Counted from the whole stretch's first letter, positions 38,204 to 52,183 are shown. The stretch: DNA of 54,442 bases, filler included, from Jimgerdemannia flammicorona (GCA_003990765.1; 3 parts of 3 records of this genome joined end to end with filler, not necessarily neighbours in it); one strand, 5' to 3'. The notes: generated from the sequence alone by a model not told the origin. Numbers and translations: made by a program.

Positions 38204-38444
38204 TTTGTTTATGGTAAGTCTTTGAGCTATTTTGGGATTGGTGGTTCTGTTGGTTGCTGCTACTGCAGTTCCTTGATCCTTCTTTTATATTCTTCAGGAT
38301 GGTCATGCTGTGGTCACAATGACTTACAGTTGGTCATCATTGCTCATCTCATATGCCATATGATCTTCTTGTGCTCCGATCTGGAGGCTTATAAGAAAAG
38401 GCTGTCTCCTGTACTGATGTCATCATTCTGGGGTCACTGTTACA

Positions 38445-40510
38445 ATATATATAAATCATATCCAGCTACCTTTTGGCTTTCTTTGATTGAGACTATAACT
38501 ATTATCCTTAACTTGACAAAGTTTAGTATCTTGGTACTCAGATTATTGAGGTGATGTAAAGTAGTAACTGTGGCTTATATTGTAGTATAGGATCTTCAGT
38601 TAGAGAAAATACTGGTCATATATCCTGTTTTTTGGCAATAGAAGCATACTTTGCTTCTTCAAAGTTCATTTCTTTCTCCTTTCGTGAGTTTCTTAAAGAT
38701 ACTCAGCTGGGTGGGTTCAGAATTTTAGAATGTCCTAGAGGTAGATATAGAGGGAGCAAGATGCTTCATACTTGGGTTCTTCTTTCTTGCTCTAAGATTT
38801 TTCCTTGTTTTAGAATTGGTTTCAAGGCAGAATTGTTCTAGCTGTTAGGATTCACTTGATTATAGTTTTGATTATAGCTAGATACTATTGTTAGTAATTA
38901 TAACCTACTAGGTATTCTTGTTCTCATATCTTTCTTGTGAGCCATTCTGGTAGTATATTGAATAAATTGCCTGCTCTTGTACCATTCCATGTTTCATCAT
39001 TGGCAATATATCCTAGACCAATAATATTCAGAAGTGACTTGAGTTTTGTATAGAAGGTCTTGAATTTCTCTTTACTATCTATATTAAATTTGAGATTGTG
39101 GAGTTTTACTTGGAATTCAGTGATCAGAGTTTCATTATAATATTGAGAAATTATGAGTTTTTTGAGCCTAGGGGCTGCAGAGTGATCTCTATACCCAGGG
39201 GTATTATTTATTATATTTTGGACAACAACTATAGGTCAGATATTCCATATAAGAGGTTTTTAGGAAGAGTTTGCCATCATTCTTCAGCAGGTCTCTGGAA
39301 GAATATAACAACTTGATGGATATAAGCTGTAAAAATAGCTAATAGTTGTTTGATAGTATGGTCTTGGTTATTTGTTTAGAGGTAGTCAGTAACTTATTCA
39401 TTGGTCTATTGATTGGCTTCAAAGTTAGTATCTATTATACTAAGGAAGCTTTGAACTTCTTGTGCAGTACTGTTAAAGATAGATAAACTCAGGCTCTTTA
39501 TTAGTTGGGTCTGTTCTGCTAGGACAGTAATAGTTGCTACCATTATAGCTATCTGGGCCATGAGGTCTAAGTTTGCTAGTTTGCTATATTGTTTACTAGA
39601 GGTAGTTAAACTACTGATAGTAGAGTTACTGGTATAACTTGAGGTACTGATATAGAGTGTAATAGTGTTCTTTGAGTCTATATGAGTTACTGGAGTAACT
39701 GTTGTCTGGTATAAGGACTTGATAAATAACTATATATTGTTTTATAGGTATATTTTATTCTGAGGAAGATATATCTTTTTTGGCAGTATATCTATAATAA
39801 AATTTAGTGAGATACTCCTCCTCTTCTTCATTTTGGTCTATATATAGTTGGGTTTATTCTGTATCAAAGTAGATGGTATCAGTTGTATATTAGATTTCAG
39901 ATGGACTTAAATCAAAAGCTGGTTGAGATTCTGCTTCAGATTTAGGTAAAGTTGTAGCTGAGTCTACTTCTGGTTCAGAGTCTGGTTATTGACAAAGGGT
40001 TTCTCTCTCTTCTTCTTTGAGTATATAGTGGGTCTTGTAATTCTGAAAATAGTGGTATAAGGTAGTCTTGGTCCTGGTAAAGTGATAGCTGGTAGAGTTG
40101 AGCTACTTAGCTATAGTGGCTTAGGCTTCATAAGGAACTAAGACTAGGAAAATAGCTACTGGTTATCCTAGGTTACATAGGTCTGTTGAGCTTATAAAAC
40201 ACTTATTGAGAAGAGTAAAAAAAGCTTCTATAAGACCTTCTTCATCTTAACTTATAGAGTAGAGCAAAGAGTTTGGTGAATAGAGTTTTATCTATCTTCT
40301 AATTTAATTGGAGTACTTTTTTATATATATGAAAGCTTGTCCCACTTATTATAGGTGTAATGGTCTAATTGTTCTTATATATCAGGTTCAATTTGCTTTA
40401 GATTGTCAGTAGTTGGGCTTAATACTGATTTGTATAAATTTCTATAGAGATTTGTAGCTAGGTAAAAAAGTATCTTGAAGTAGAATTGGATCATAAACTA
40501 CTGCTATCCA
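38445..40510 (-). pseudogene. Ty3/Gypsy internal region (gag remnant) downstream of LTR family 1 copy A
   Basis: Gag-like EFQVKLHNLKF...FYTKLKSLL (~38950-39120) and zinc knuckle CFYCQKTGY (~38620-38650). PBS-like TGG 2 nt after the LTR end at 40510. Confidence 0.65.
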
Positions 40511-40512
40511 GT

Positions 40513-43156
40513 TTTAAGAGAGTACTTTGTTAGAGTACTGTTATGTAGTTCTGAAAGAGGTTTTAGAAATTTCTAGATATTTAATGACTATTTTCTTAAA
40601 ATCAAAACCAATTTCATATAGAGTACATCCTCTATACTAATTGATTTTAAGAGTAAGTTGATATCTCAACCAAAGTCCCTTTTTGGACTTATTCTGGATA
40701 TTCAGAATATTTTATATTTCAGAAAGTTTAAGAAACTAAGACCAGCTTAGTTGAATCAGTGTATCACTACAGAAAATACCCAATTAGGAAATTTTGGGAT
40801 CTAGCCAGAAGTGAGATCTAATATAGTACAGATCCACCTAAGAGCAGCCCATGAGTTATTATATAGGTTTAATTACTATTTATAATATTACTATTAGTTA
40901 ATACTAGGAGTAGTATGTGAAGGGATATTTGTATAGGAAAGTATTCTTGACTTATTCATCTGTATTCTTGTCTGTATTTTTGTCTAAGTTTCTGAGATCT
41001 GAAAGAGTAGTTATTTATACTAATGGAAGACTATCTGGACTATATTAGTACTTAGTATTTTGATGAGTCAGAATACAGTCATATAATACAAGTGTGAACT
41101 AAAATATCAAGAGATCAACTGACTGCTGAGTCAGGATATAGTTATGTAGTATAAGGCTAATTTAACTATACTAATAACCACTACACTATTTAAAGATTTA
41201 GACACTATCTGGATATTCTTCAATAAGATCACCATTGATAACATCATCTCTGATAAAGTAGTCATCTAAGAAGAGTGGTTTTTAGATTACATCTCTCTGT
41301 TCATTTATATAATAATATGTTAGAACTATGTTATTGTTTTACAGGATGACATCATCTATTTCATATGCTAGATATGGTATTAGTGGGCAAAGAAGGAATA
41401 TATTATCTTCTCTTTCATCAGATTTGCTATCTATATATCTTTAGTAGATTACAGTGCTATGTATTGCAGATAGTACTCTGAACAAGTTGATCTGGATCAG
41501 AATCAAATCCCATCCAGATTAGCTCAGATGGGATTCAAATCTCATCTGGATTGATTCAAATCAACTATTGTTTTGATTTCCAAATTAGATAATTAAATGT
41601 TTATATCAATAACGTGATGAATAATCATCCAATTTTGATGATCTTGGTGTCATTTGAAAGCCCTTAAGAAGGCCTTTCTAACAATATCAAGACCTTGGAA
41701 ATTAGATTATGTCTTGCCGAGTTATCAAGGAAAATGTCTGACTTACCAATTTTGGAAATTTCTTCAAAAGAATGCTTTCCTTAATAGCTTGGCAACACAT
41801 AATCTGATTTTAATATTCTTGGTATCATTAGAAAAGCGTTATTACAGGCTTTCAAATGACACCAAGATCATCAAAATTAGATGATTATTTATTAAGTTAT
41901 TAATGTAAACATTTAATTATCTAATTTGGAAATCAAAACAATGGTTAATTTGAATTAATCTGAATGGAATTTGAATCCCATATAAGTTGATCTGGATGGG
42001 ATTCAATCTGAATCTCATCTGAATCCAATACAGATTAAATTGATTCATTAAGAGCAATAGTTACAGAGTTATAATATACTGATAGCTATTATTCATTTGG
42101 CTTATACTTGGGAAGTGAGATTGTTGGTTCTATCTTGAGGGTTGACTGAAGGTATAGCTTGTGTTCTCCAGTCTCTTCATTATAGTTGAAGTAATTAGGT
42201 ATGAATGTAGATTGATACTCATACCAGTGGTCATTGTCTCATAGGTCTTGTATATAATTATGAACTATTATAAGTTCATTGGTAGGATTAGGAGAGTGAT
42301 CAGAACTGGTAGGAATCTTTGACTAGAGGTCATATCAGTATCAGAGGGATCATTGTCTTCTGCTTTTTCATTATTGAACTAGATTATATTATAGATATCT
42401 TTCATAATATATCTGACTTTAAGTATTTACAGAATGTGGTCATTTGGGTATAAGAAGAGTCTGTCTATAGTTTGAGCATACTCAATATACTTGTTGTTGA
42501 GTACTTGTATCATATCATCAATTTGGCTATAGATTAGAGTGGTAATCATTTCAGTAGTAGTAACTCAGAGACAGAGAATAAAGATACTGTACTTATAAAA
42601 GAGTTCTCAGTGTTTGCAGATGATAATTTTCTGATATTGAGATATTTTAATAATATCTATATATAGTGATAATTAACCATATCTTCCAGGAGGTAGCTGA
42701 TCTGATAATAGCTTAAGATTTGACTGATTCCATAGGCCTCACTAAGCATATTTAGAATATTCCATTAGGCTTCTACAAAATAGAGAGGTGCTAGGCTATG
42801 GATATTTATGAGAGATAGAGAAGCTGTGACTTTATTGATAATAGTATTCCAAATGTCAGTTCAGATGCAGTTGTAGATTTCAGTAGTCATATCTGGATAT
42901 ATATTTGAGAGTTATAGTTATTTTTTTAATTTGTTGTGATTATCTATTTTGAGATACTGTATATTCAGAATATATGTTTTTAGTCCTAATTGGTAAGATC
43001 TCATTTTTATAAATCTTATATTCTGTAACTTTAAGTTAACTCAACTTTGTGATCTATAACTTTAGTTTGACTCAACTTCATAATCTGATAGGTAATTTCT
43101 AAATTTGTTCTGAGGGTGATAGGTAATTTTGGTGACTTAGAGAATATATACTTATA
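40513..43156 (-). mobile_element. LTR family 1 copy A (5' LTR), interrupted by a MITE; degraded accessory ORF at 41198-42890
   Basis: Collinear with 44590-46650 along its length. Termini are mutated versions of TGTAAG...CTTACA. Confidence 0.85.
41462..42059. mobile_element. Foldback/MITE (~600 bp) with ~270-bp inverted arms
   Basis: TATTGC...GCAATA ends (possible TA duplication). TTTTGATGATCTTGGTGTCATTTGAAAG pairs with CTTTCAAATGACACCAAGATCATCAAAA. Absent from the homologous position in LTR copy B. Confidence 0.85.
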
Positions 43157-44172
43157 AAGTTAGTCTATTACATATCTCCTAGAGAAATTGATATACCCAA
43201 AAATGAGATTAATAAACTTCTCAAAAAAGAATTCATTAGACCTAGTATATCACTATATGATATATCAGGTCTCTTTATTATCAAGAAAGGAAGAGACCTC
43301 TAAATATATATTGATTACCAAGATCTCAATAAACAGACTATCAAGAACTGTTGCCCATTATCTCAAAATAATGAAATCTTTAATAGACTTACAAATCCAC
43401 AATTTATGAGTTATTTTGATCAATAAAATAGTTACTGGAAAATTATTATAAAAAAAGAAGATAACTACAAAACTGTCTTCTGAACTCACTATGAATATTT
43501 CAAGTTTTTAGTTATATTCTTTAGCTTAACTAATATTCCTATAATCTTCTAGATACTGATAAATACTATCCTATATCTATACCTAGACAAAATTGTTATT
43601 GTCTATATTGATTGACATTCTAGAAATATTTTGAATATCTTGAACTAGTACTACTTAAACTCTTCAAAAACTGACTCTATATAAAAACTTAGCAAATATG
43701 AATTCATTCTGTAGATAATTCAATTTTTTGAATATATTATCACTTTTAATAAAATCAAAGTAGACTCTAGCAAAATCTCTGCAATTAAGAAATGACTCAG
43801 ACCTAAGAAGCTATAAGACCTTCAATTATTCCTTAGATTAGCAAACTATTAGAGACAATTTTTTGTAAACTTTGCTAAAATCACTATCACTCTTATCTAA
43901 CTGACTAAGTATAGTAAAAAAGAATGACAACTCTGGCCTACAAAGTAAGAAAAAGACTTTAATAATCTTGTTAAATGGGTAACTAAAAAAGATACAACCT
44001 TTTAAGCTTTGAAAGATACTTTGATAATTACTCTTATATTTTAATAGCAAATTCTACTCTACTATATGAAATTAAAACTAATGTCTCTGACCTAGTTCTT
44101 GAAGCAAGAAGGACACTCTATGGCCTACCATTCTTATAAGTTTAATAATAATAAAATTAACTATACTATCTA
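43157..44172 (+). pseudogene. Ty3/Gypsy reverse transcriptase-RNase H fragment, heavily transition-mutated
   Basis: EFIRPSIS...YIDYQDLNKQTIKN..PL, SYWKI, YKTVF, FLVIFFSLTNIP, DKIVIVYID and IKTNVSD correspond to Gypsy FIRPS, DYRxLN, GYWQ, KTAF, PFGLTNAP, VYLDD and TDAS. Confidence 0.85.
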
Positions 44173-44410
44173 TATAAGCATACAACCTCTAAGTCACCAA
44201 AATAACATATTACTCTCAGAACAAATTCAGAAATCATATGCCAGATCATAAAGCTAAGTCAAACTGAAGTTATAGATTACAAAGCTAAGTCAAACTGAAG
44301 TTACAGATCACAAAGCTAAGTCAACTCAAAGTCACAAAATACAAGATTTATAAAAACAGATCTTACCAATTAGAACTGAAAGTATATATACTGAATATAC
44401 AGACATATTA
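44173..44410 (+). mobile_element. LTR family 1 copy C, 5' part
   Basis: TATAAGCATACAACCTC matches the reverse complement of the copy B end. Contains three ~31-bp AAAGCTAAGTCAAACTGAAG repeats. Confidence 0.85.
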
Positions 44411-44589
44411 TAATAGATAATCTTTCTCTGATAACATTCAGGTTATACAAACTTCTGGCAATACTTAAGAGAGAATAGGTACTAGCAATATGATAATCAA
44501 TGAGCATTCCAAGGTATATGCTAGACAGAGCAGCTCTAGTATATTTGACTAGAGAGAAGTCATGGCTTGGGAGAAAGTATGAGGGGCTT

Positions 44590-46650
44590 TATAAGAGGGT
44601 TGCTTTTTAGGGTAACCGTTACGTAGTTCTGGAAGAGTTTTCTGGAAGTTCTGGATATTCTGGAAGACCGTTTTCTTATGGTCAAGATCAATTTCATATG
44701 GAGTACGTCCTCTATGCTTATTGATTTCAAGATTGGGTTAACATCTCAACCAAAGTCCTTTTTTGGACTAGTTCTGGATGTTCAGGATTTTCCATATTTC
44801 AGGAAGTTCAAGAAACTAAGACCAGCTTAGTTGAATTGGCATATCGCTACAGACAATACCCAATGAGGAAATTTCGTGATGGGGTTAGGAGTAGAACCTA
44901 ACAGAGAGCGGATTTACTTAAGAGTGGTTTGTGAGTTATGGAATAGGTTTATTTGCTATTCATGATATTACTATACTAGGAGTATTGGTGTGAAGGGGTA
45001 TTGTGGGGAAGTATTCAGAAATGTTCTTGTATGTTCGAGTCTGAGATTCTGAGGTCTGTGGGAGGGGGTATTTATACTAGTGAGGGGTTATCTGGGCTAT
45101 GCTGGATATGGATGTGGCACTAAGTGCCTTGCTGAGTTGGAATGCAGTCACGTAGTACAAGTATGATCTGACATGTCAAGAGATCATCTGACTGCTGAGT
45201 CAGTTCACAGTCATGTCATATAAGACTAATCTAACTATACTATGACTGCTAGGCTATTTATGGTTTAGGCACTGTCTGAGTAGTCTTTGATGACATCACC
45301 ATCAATTGCATCATCTCTGATGAAGTAGTCATCTAGGAATAATAGTTCATGGATTACTTCTCCTTGTTCGCTGAGGTAATAGTACATTGGAACTTCATCT
45401 CTGTCCTACAGGATAGCATCGTCTGTCTCGTAGGCTGGATAAGGTGTTGGTGGGCGAAGGATGGGTGTATTGTCTTCACTTTCATCGGATTCACTGTCTG
45501 CGTACCTTCTATAGGTTACAGTACTATGAGTTGCAGGATTGTAGTAAGCTGGTGGCTGTGGTTCATGTCACTTGTACTCAGGTGGTAGAGTGGTTGGTTC
45601 AATCTCGAGGGTTGTCTGGAGGTACAGGTTGTGTTCTCCAGTCTCTTCATTATAGTTGAAGTAGTCAGGGGTGAATGCGGGTTAGTATTCATGCCAGTGG
45701 TCATTGTCCCAATAAGTCTCATATGTGGTTATGAACTGTTGTAAGTTCATCAGTAAGATTGGCGGTATGATCAGGGTTGGCAGAGATCCTTGGCTAGAGG
45801 TCATGTCGGTATCAGAGGGATCGTTGTCTTCTGCTTCGTCTTCATCAAACTGGATTATATCGTAGACGTCCTTCATAGTATATCCGACTTGGGGCATTTG
45901 CAGGATATGGTCATCAGGGTGTGGTAAGGTTCTGTCTGTGGTCTGGACATACTTGAGGTACTTGTGGTTGAGTTCTTATATTATGTCATCGATTTGGCCA
46001 TAGGACAGAGTAGCAACCATTTCGCTGGTAGTAACTCAGAGGTGGGGAATAATAGTGCTGTACTCGTAGAAGAGTTCTTGATGTTTGCGGGTGATGAGCT
46101 TCTGGTGTTGAGACATCTGGGTAATGTCTGTATCTTGGTGGTGTTCGAGCATGTCTTCCAGGAGGTGGCCAATCTGGTAGTAGCTTGAGATTTGTCTGAT
46201 TTGGTGGGCCTCGCTAAGCATGTTCAGAGCATTCCATCAGGCTTCCATAAAGTAGAGAGGTGCCAGGCTATGGATATTCATGAGGGGCAGAGGGGGTGTG
46301 GCTTGGTTGACAATGGCATTCCAAATGTCAGCGCGGATATGGTTGTAGATCTCAGTGGTCATGTTTGTGTATTTGGAAGTTGTGGTTGTTGTTTGTTTTG
46401 GTTCTCTGATTCGATGTGTCTTGGTGCTCGGTATATATGCATTTGGTCCTGATTGATAAGATTCTGTTTGTGTAAATCTTGTGTTCCATGACTTTGTATT
46501 GACTCAGCTTTGTGCACTGTGACTTCGGTTTGACTTAGCTTCATGATCAAGCAGGTGATTTCCAGATTTGTTCAGAGGTCATGTGTGATTTCAGTGGCTT
46601 GTTCAGAGGGTAATGTGTAATTTCAGTGGCTTGGAGGTTGTGCACTTACA
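44590..46650 (-). mobile_element. LTR family 1 copy B, solo LTR (2061 bp) with 5-bp TSD
   Basis: Termini TATAAG (mutated TGTAAG)...CTTACA. GGCTT at 44585-44589 and 46651-46655. TATAAATA at 45069-45076 and AATAAA at 44948-44953 on minus. Confidence 0.9.
45265..46362 (-). pseudogene. U3-embedded accessory ORF of LTR family 1 (365 codons plus stop, ~6 internal stops, no frameshift)
   Basis: ACAAACATG start and TATATA ~70 bp upstream. Reads MTTEIYNHIRADIW...YYQIGHLL...ITRKHQELF...IIPHL followed by an acidic, Pro/Tyr-rich tail. Confidence 0.8.
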
Positions 46651-49600
46651 GGCTTGCTGACTAGAGGATATGAAAGGAGAAGAGATAGTACTGGAGGACA
46701 GGAGACTGAGAGGATGAGCTTTACAGATAAGATAAAGAAGAGTCATCTGATAACTGGACTGGAGGGCTGGCTGAGGAAGAGCAAGGAGATGGTGAGGGCT
46801 GCAGGATCTGGTGGAGCAGCCTATGGCAGTGAGAGCAGTAGGGCTGGAGGAGTAGTGGTTAGGAGAAGTAGGACTGCTGATGGCAAGGAGACTACCAATC
46901 TGAAAAAAAATCCAGATATGACAGTTGATGGTAGATCTGGACAGAGGGAGAGCATGAGGTCTTGGGATCTGACAGATAGTGTGATGGGCCTAGTAGCAGT
47001 ACTGTTACTTAAGAAATTAAAGTCAGAATTTACTGTCACATTGTGCTTCTAAGGATTGGCAGTAATAATGAGAATGATTCTGGGGCTTCTGGTCTAGGAG
47101 GTGAAGGGAGCAGTATTAGTGAAGTTTTTGAAAGGTCTGGAGGGGGTGGAGGTAGGCTTCAATTAGGAGAATATGCTATTGGAAGTGATGGAGAAGAGAG
47201 TGGTAGTGGGGTGGATGATGATCCCTATAACCTGGTACTTATGCTGAAATCCCCAAGTAGTACAGCTGACAGTACTGGATGTTCCTATAGTGTCAAAGGA
47301 AATGGCCAAGGGGTTGATTGTAGAGGCCATTAAGGAGTATGGAGATATTATAGATATTTGGTTTCAGGTCTGAGAAGGTACAGAATTCAGAACAGGAGAT
47401 ATAGATGTCAGAGTGTGGCTGACAGGCAAGAAGAATATATAGAAGGCCAGAAACTAGCCAGTAGTTCTCAAATAGAGATCTGTGGAGTGTAAGGTCTCAA
47501 GAGTGAAAGAGATGCTAGAGAAAGAAGAGAACTTACTAGAGGCATTAGAGGATCTGGCTGGAGCTATAAAGAGAAGGAGATTAGTCTGGAAGAAGTTTGA
47601 GACCAAGATGGTTGTAGAGATCATAAATGACAAGAAGGTGTGGCTGGATTAAGCAGCCTGGGAGAGGGCACAGGGGAGGTATATTCAGAAGGATCTGTTG
47701 GCTAAGTTGAAAGGGAGGACTGCCAGGGGGATCACTACTGATGAAGCGGATCAAGGGCAAGTGCCTGAGCAGAAGAGAAGGGAGCAGCACCAGAGGGGAC
47801 CCCAGGAGGGGGGGAAGGTGCAGGGCTGAGTATCATTATGGAGGATGCAGATTTGATAGAGGAGGAGTGCTCTCAGTATGGGGTACCAGATGGGGCTATA
47901 GGGGATGATGAATTGCAGGATGTGCTGGAGGAGGATTGGGATGAGTCAGCAAGGAGGAATGCAGAGGGTAGGCAGATGGAAGGGGGGAAGAGAGTGGTCC
48001 AGAGAGTGGCAGAGACTGAGGTCAAGGAGTAATAACTGTGGAAAATACTTGAAAATATAGTGGCTGAGGAGCTGAAGGGAGAGGACTTCTGGATACTGAG
48101 CCATGAGACACTGGGGTGAAATCCTGCATAGTGAGGAGATGTTGTAAAAACTCCAGAATGAGATAATAGTGGTATTACTGGAGGCTGAGACATATCAGGT
48201 AGATGATGACAGAGAGGTAGTACTTCTGGTAATTGTAAATAACAGGGCTGCATATATGTGAGGTCCAAGGAAAGGGCTGGCAAAGTGGCGGATAGTGTGT
48301 GAGAAGTACCATATAGAGAAGGAGACTGTAGATGATACAGATTATCAGGAGATCTTAGAGGCATTAGAGGCTCAGCAGGGAGAGACAGATGAACTGGAGG
48401 CAGAAAGGAACCTGGATATCACTGCGGATGCAGTGAGTATGGAATTGTAGAGTAGATAGTAGTTCTTTAAATAATATTTTTCAATATAAACAGTATAACT
48501 AGAATCATATCTTTGAATATCAATGGACTATGAGAAGTAGTGAGGTAGCAAAATATCTTTGAATGACTAAAGGAGACAGAAGCAGAACTGCAGAATATTG
48601 GCCATTATGGAGACTTGGATATTCAGAACTGGATGAAGAAATTGGGTGGTCTGGCTGTTTGATAAGAATGTGAAGGCATTCTGGTTAAGAAGGATAAGAA
48701 GGATATTGGAGACATTAGACATTGGGAAAGCAGGGTAGTGTGGAGAGTTTGGAAGAGGCCAGGCTGGAGACTCTTAATGATTGGGTCCTGTTATTGTCCA
48801 GCAGAAAGGGGGGAGAGAGTGGAATGGATTCAAGGACTATAAGAGTTTAAAGTATTGGTGGAGGCAGGAATTGATTGTTTATGGAGAGACTTTAATATGA
48901 TAAATAATAGAAAGACAGACAGAATAGATGTGAGAAGGGACATGGTAGATAGTGGAAGCCTGGGAGGAAGTCAAACATTTGAGCTCTTTAGTGGATATCA
49001 GGAGGCTTAGATGGGAGAATCATAGGGTCTTTACCTACTAGGTGGCAGGGCTGGGCTCAAGGATTGACTGGATGTTGACTACTGATTGCTAGAGAGTTGA
49101 TATCCAGAGAACTTTGGAAATTGTTTGGTGTCTGTGATCAGATCACTGGGGTCTTCTAGGAGGGAGGTGTTTTGGGGGAAGTGGGAAGAGACCTGGACAT
49201 TGGCAACTAAATATCTCTTTGCTAGAGGAGACCTCCCTATAGGAGGGATGGGTGGTAGATATTAGCTCCAGAATTCTTAATTAGAGAGCAGAGGGGCTGG
49301 AAATTGGAGATCACTGGATATGATTGAAATCTGAGACATAATGGTACTGTGGGAAGGCAGAATGGATGTAGGGTACTCAGAAGAAGAAGTGAGTGAGGTG
49401 GGCCTCCCAGAGGTTGGTGAGATTGTTAGTGACTTAGACAGATCTGTTAAATGATGGTACAGAAGAGGATTGGTGAATACAGTGGATCAGGCAAGAGGTG
49501 GAGGAGCTGAAGAGTTTATTGAGGCAAGAGGAGGACCTACAGATTAAGGGTATGGTGGCCCAGCTGTAGTAACAGATATTGGAGAAGGGGGAAAGGTCTA

Positions 49601-52183
49601 TCAAGTTTTTATCATGGCTTCTGCAGATGAGGAGAGTATGGCAGCAGTGGGAGGGGGTTTTGGATGAGGCTGGGGAGTTGGTTGTTGAGATACTGGAGAT
49701 TCTGGACTAGTTGAGCAGATGGTGGGGATATTTGTAGAGCAAGGAGGATGGAGGGGTGGTGCTGAACATTGACAGGAACTTGAAGGAATAGCACCCTGAT
49801 CAGGCAGTGGGCTTTGGTGACCTTGGTACTGCTGTCCAAGGGGAAGAGATTTGGCAGGTTTTGATGACAACAAGCTCTGAGACTACGTCAAGAGAGAATG
49901 GCTTACAGTGGTATTTTTGGAAGTAGATGGCATAAGTTGAGTTGATCCTAGAGAAAATGATAGCAATGTACAATAAAGTGATTGGCTCAAGAGTATAGAT
50001 TGGGGGGCAGATCTTGGGTCTTATGTCTCTACTGTTTAAGAATAAGAGGAGGATAGAGGAGTGAAAGAACTGAATACTGATCATGCTTCTAGATATGGAT
50101 CACAAACTGGTCATGAAGATACTGGTGGCTAGGCTATAAGGAATAGTGCAACAAGTTCTGGAGACTGAGCAGAGAGAATTCATAAGGAGACAGCTGATTA
50201 GAGATGGGACAGCCTTGGTGTATGGTGTTATTGAGGGAGCTCACACTGCTGGGGTGGATGACTGGCTGGTTTTCTTAGATCAAGAGAAGGCCTATAACAG
50301 AGTCTGATGAGTGTGGTTAGAAAGGGTTCTAAAGTACATTGGGGTCCCTCTTGGGGTCTGGCAGGCCTTGGTTGGTCTGCTAGTAGGGTATTAGACAGTA
50401 ATTATAATAAATAGACACAGAGGGATTTCATTCCCTTTGGGCAGAGGAGTGCTGCAGAGGGGTCTACTGTCACTTATTCTATATGTGTTATCTCTGGAGT
50501 CTCTTTTGGATAGAATATGGTGAAAGATGGGAGGGTTGGATATTCTGAAGGTTAATTGGAAGGTGGGGGCCTTTACCAACAATATGATAGTTGGGCAGAG
50601 GTTAGCTGAGGATGTTGCAGCCCTGAAAGAAGCAGTTGAGTAATATGAGAGATACTTAGATACTAAGCTCAACTGGTATAAGTGTGAGGCTTTGGTGTTG
50701 AGAGGAGAGATAGTAGGTGGGGATGTGATTATTGTCCCTATAGAAGAGGCTGTTTACTAACTAGAGATTAACTTTTCAGTATATAGCTCCTTCCCACCAT
50801 ATGAGTGGTGAGAGTAGTAGTTGGCAGAGTGGGGAAGAACTCTCTTTGGGTGGAGTAATTGCCATATATCTCTAGCAGAAAGGATGACAGTATTGAATAT
50901 ATACTGGTTATCTAAGCTATGGTATCTGAAATACCACTTGGACTTTCTGGCATAGGTGGTCAAGTAATTTTTGAAGATGGCCAGAACCTGAATATGGGTA
51001 GAGCAATGGGGTCAGATTGGTTAGAAGGTATTGACCTGGCCAGTAGACCAGGGAGACCTGGGTCTGATAGATTTTCCCAAGTATCTTTATTGCTTGAGTG
51101 CATGGTAGCCAAAGCATGCAAGTGAGTTGAGGGGTGGAGAGTGGATTCCCCTCATGCAGAGGGTATGGGAGGTCCAGTTCTCCCCCCATAATGTGACTGG
51201 GGATCTTCTTCTCTAGTGGCTTAGGAGGAGAGTCAGAGGATATATTATAGGGGATTCTAGTAGGAGGTGGTTGATGGGTGCACCATATTGGTCTCTGATA
51301 GAGGGGTGATGAGGGGGAGGAGGAATAGAGATCTCAGATGTGGAGGTGGAACTACCTTCTGTTGGGCAGGGCACCAGTGGATGACTTCTGCTTAGAGGAT
51401 AGCATAGAGTGCTTTTAGAAATATGAGAGAGATCTGTGGCCTAAGGCATAGCAGGGGGGTAGGGATTGATAAGGAGTGAGAGTGGAATAGCATTTGGCAG
51501 TAGGGCAAGCAGGTGGCAAGATAGATTTCCCCCAAGTTCTGGATAGCATAATTCTATGATATAATGTAATTTTGAACTACCAGATGAGTCACTTGGTGGA
51601 AGGAGGTACTCAGGAGTATGAGGAGTGTCTGAATGTCAGGCAGGAGAGAGAAGTGGTACAGACTTCTGAATATTGACTAGGGGAGTATAAGGTGATGAGT
51701 AACTTTTGGAGAGAGATTGAGATACAGCTAAGGGTACACCCACCAGAGTTAGTGGTAAGAGGGAGATGGGGTGACCTCTGGAGGAGGCTGGTGGGGGAGT
51801 TGAGAGATGAGTGATTGATATTAGGATGGGTGCTAGTGATTTGGGTTAGACTTGTGGGACATTGGCTATATGTATTTAAGAAGGATCAATGGTTGACATT
51901 AGGAGTGAGAGTAGCTAGATGAGAGTAGTTGATGATAAATATATTGAATAAGTAGTGGAGGAGTGGAAGTGCTGATGGAGGATATTAGAGATAATTGGTG
52001 GAGACAATCTGTAGGAAGAGTGGGGGGATGATTGGAATAGCAGGGGGATTAGCAGTATTTCAGAGAAATGGTGAGTGTGAGAGGGAGTTTCCAAGTGAGA
52101 TTAGGTGAGGAGCTCATCTGTATTAGTATATCATAGATGGTTTGGTAAAAAAAGTAAAAGAAAAAAAAAAAAAAAAAAAAAAA

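Larger units (their letters stand above)
37150..38444 (-). mobile_element. LTR family 2, U3 portion, interrupted by LINE copy 3
   Basis: Starts TGTAAC on minus at 38444. Homologous to ~13970-15168. Confidence 0.78.
44411..52183 (+). mobile_element. LINE copy 4, full length and highly degenerate, with poly(A) and a 10-bp target-site duplication
   Basis: The 5' leader TAACATTCAGGTTATACAA matches copies 1 and 2. ORF1/ORF2 remnants run 46651-52100 and poly(A) 52146-52183. AGACATATTA occurs at both 44401-44410 and 52184-52193. Confidence 0.9.
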
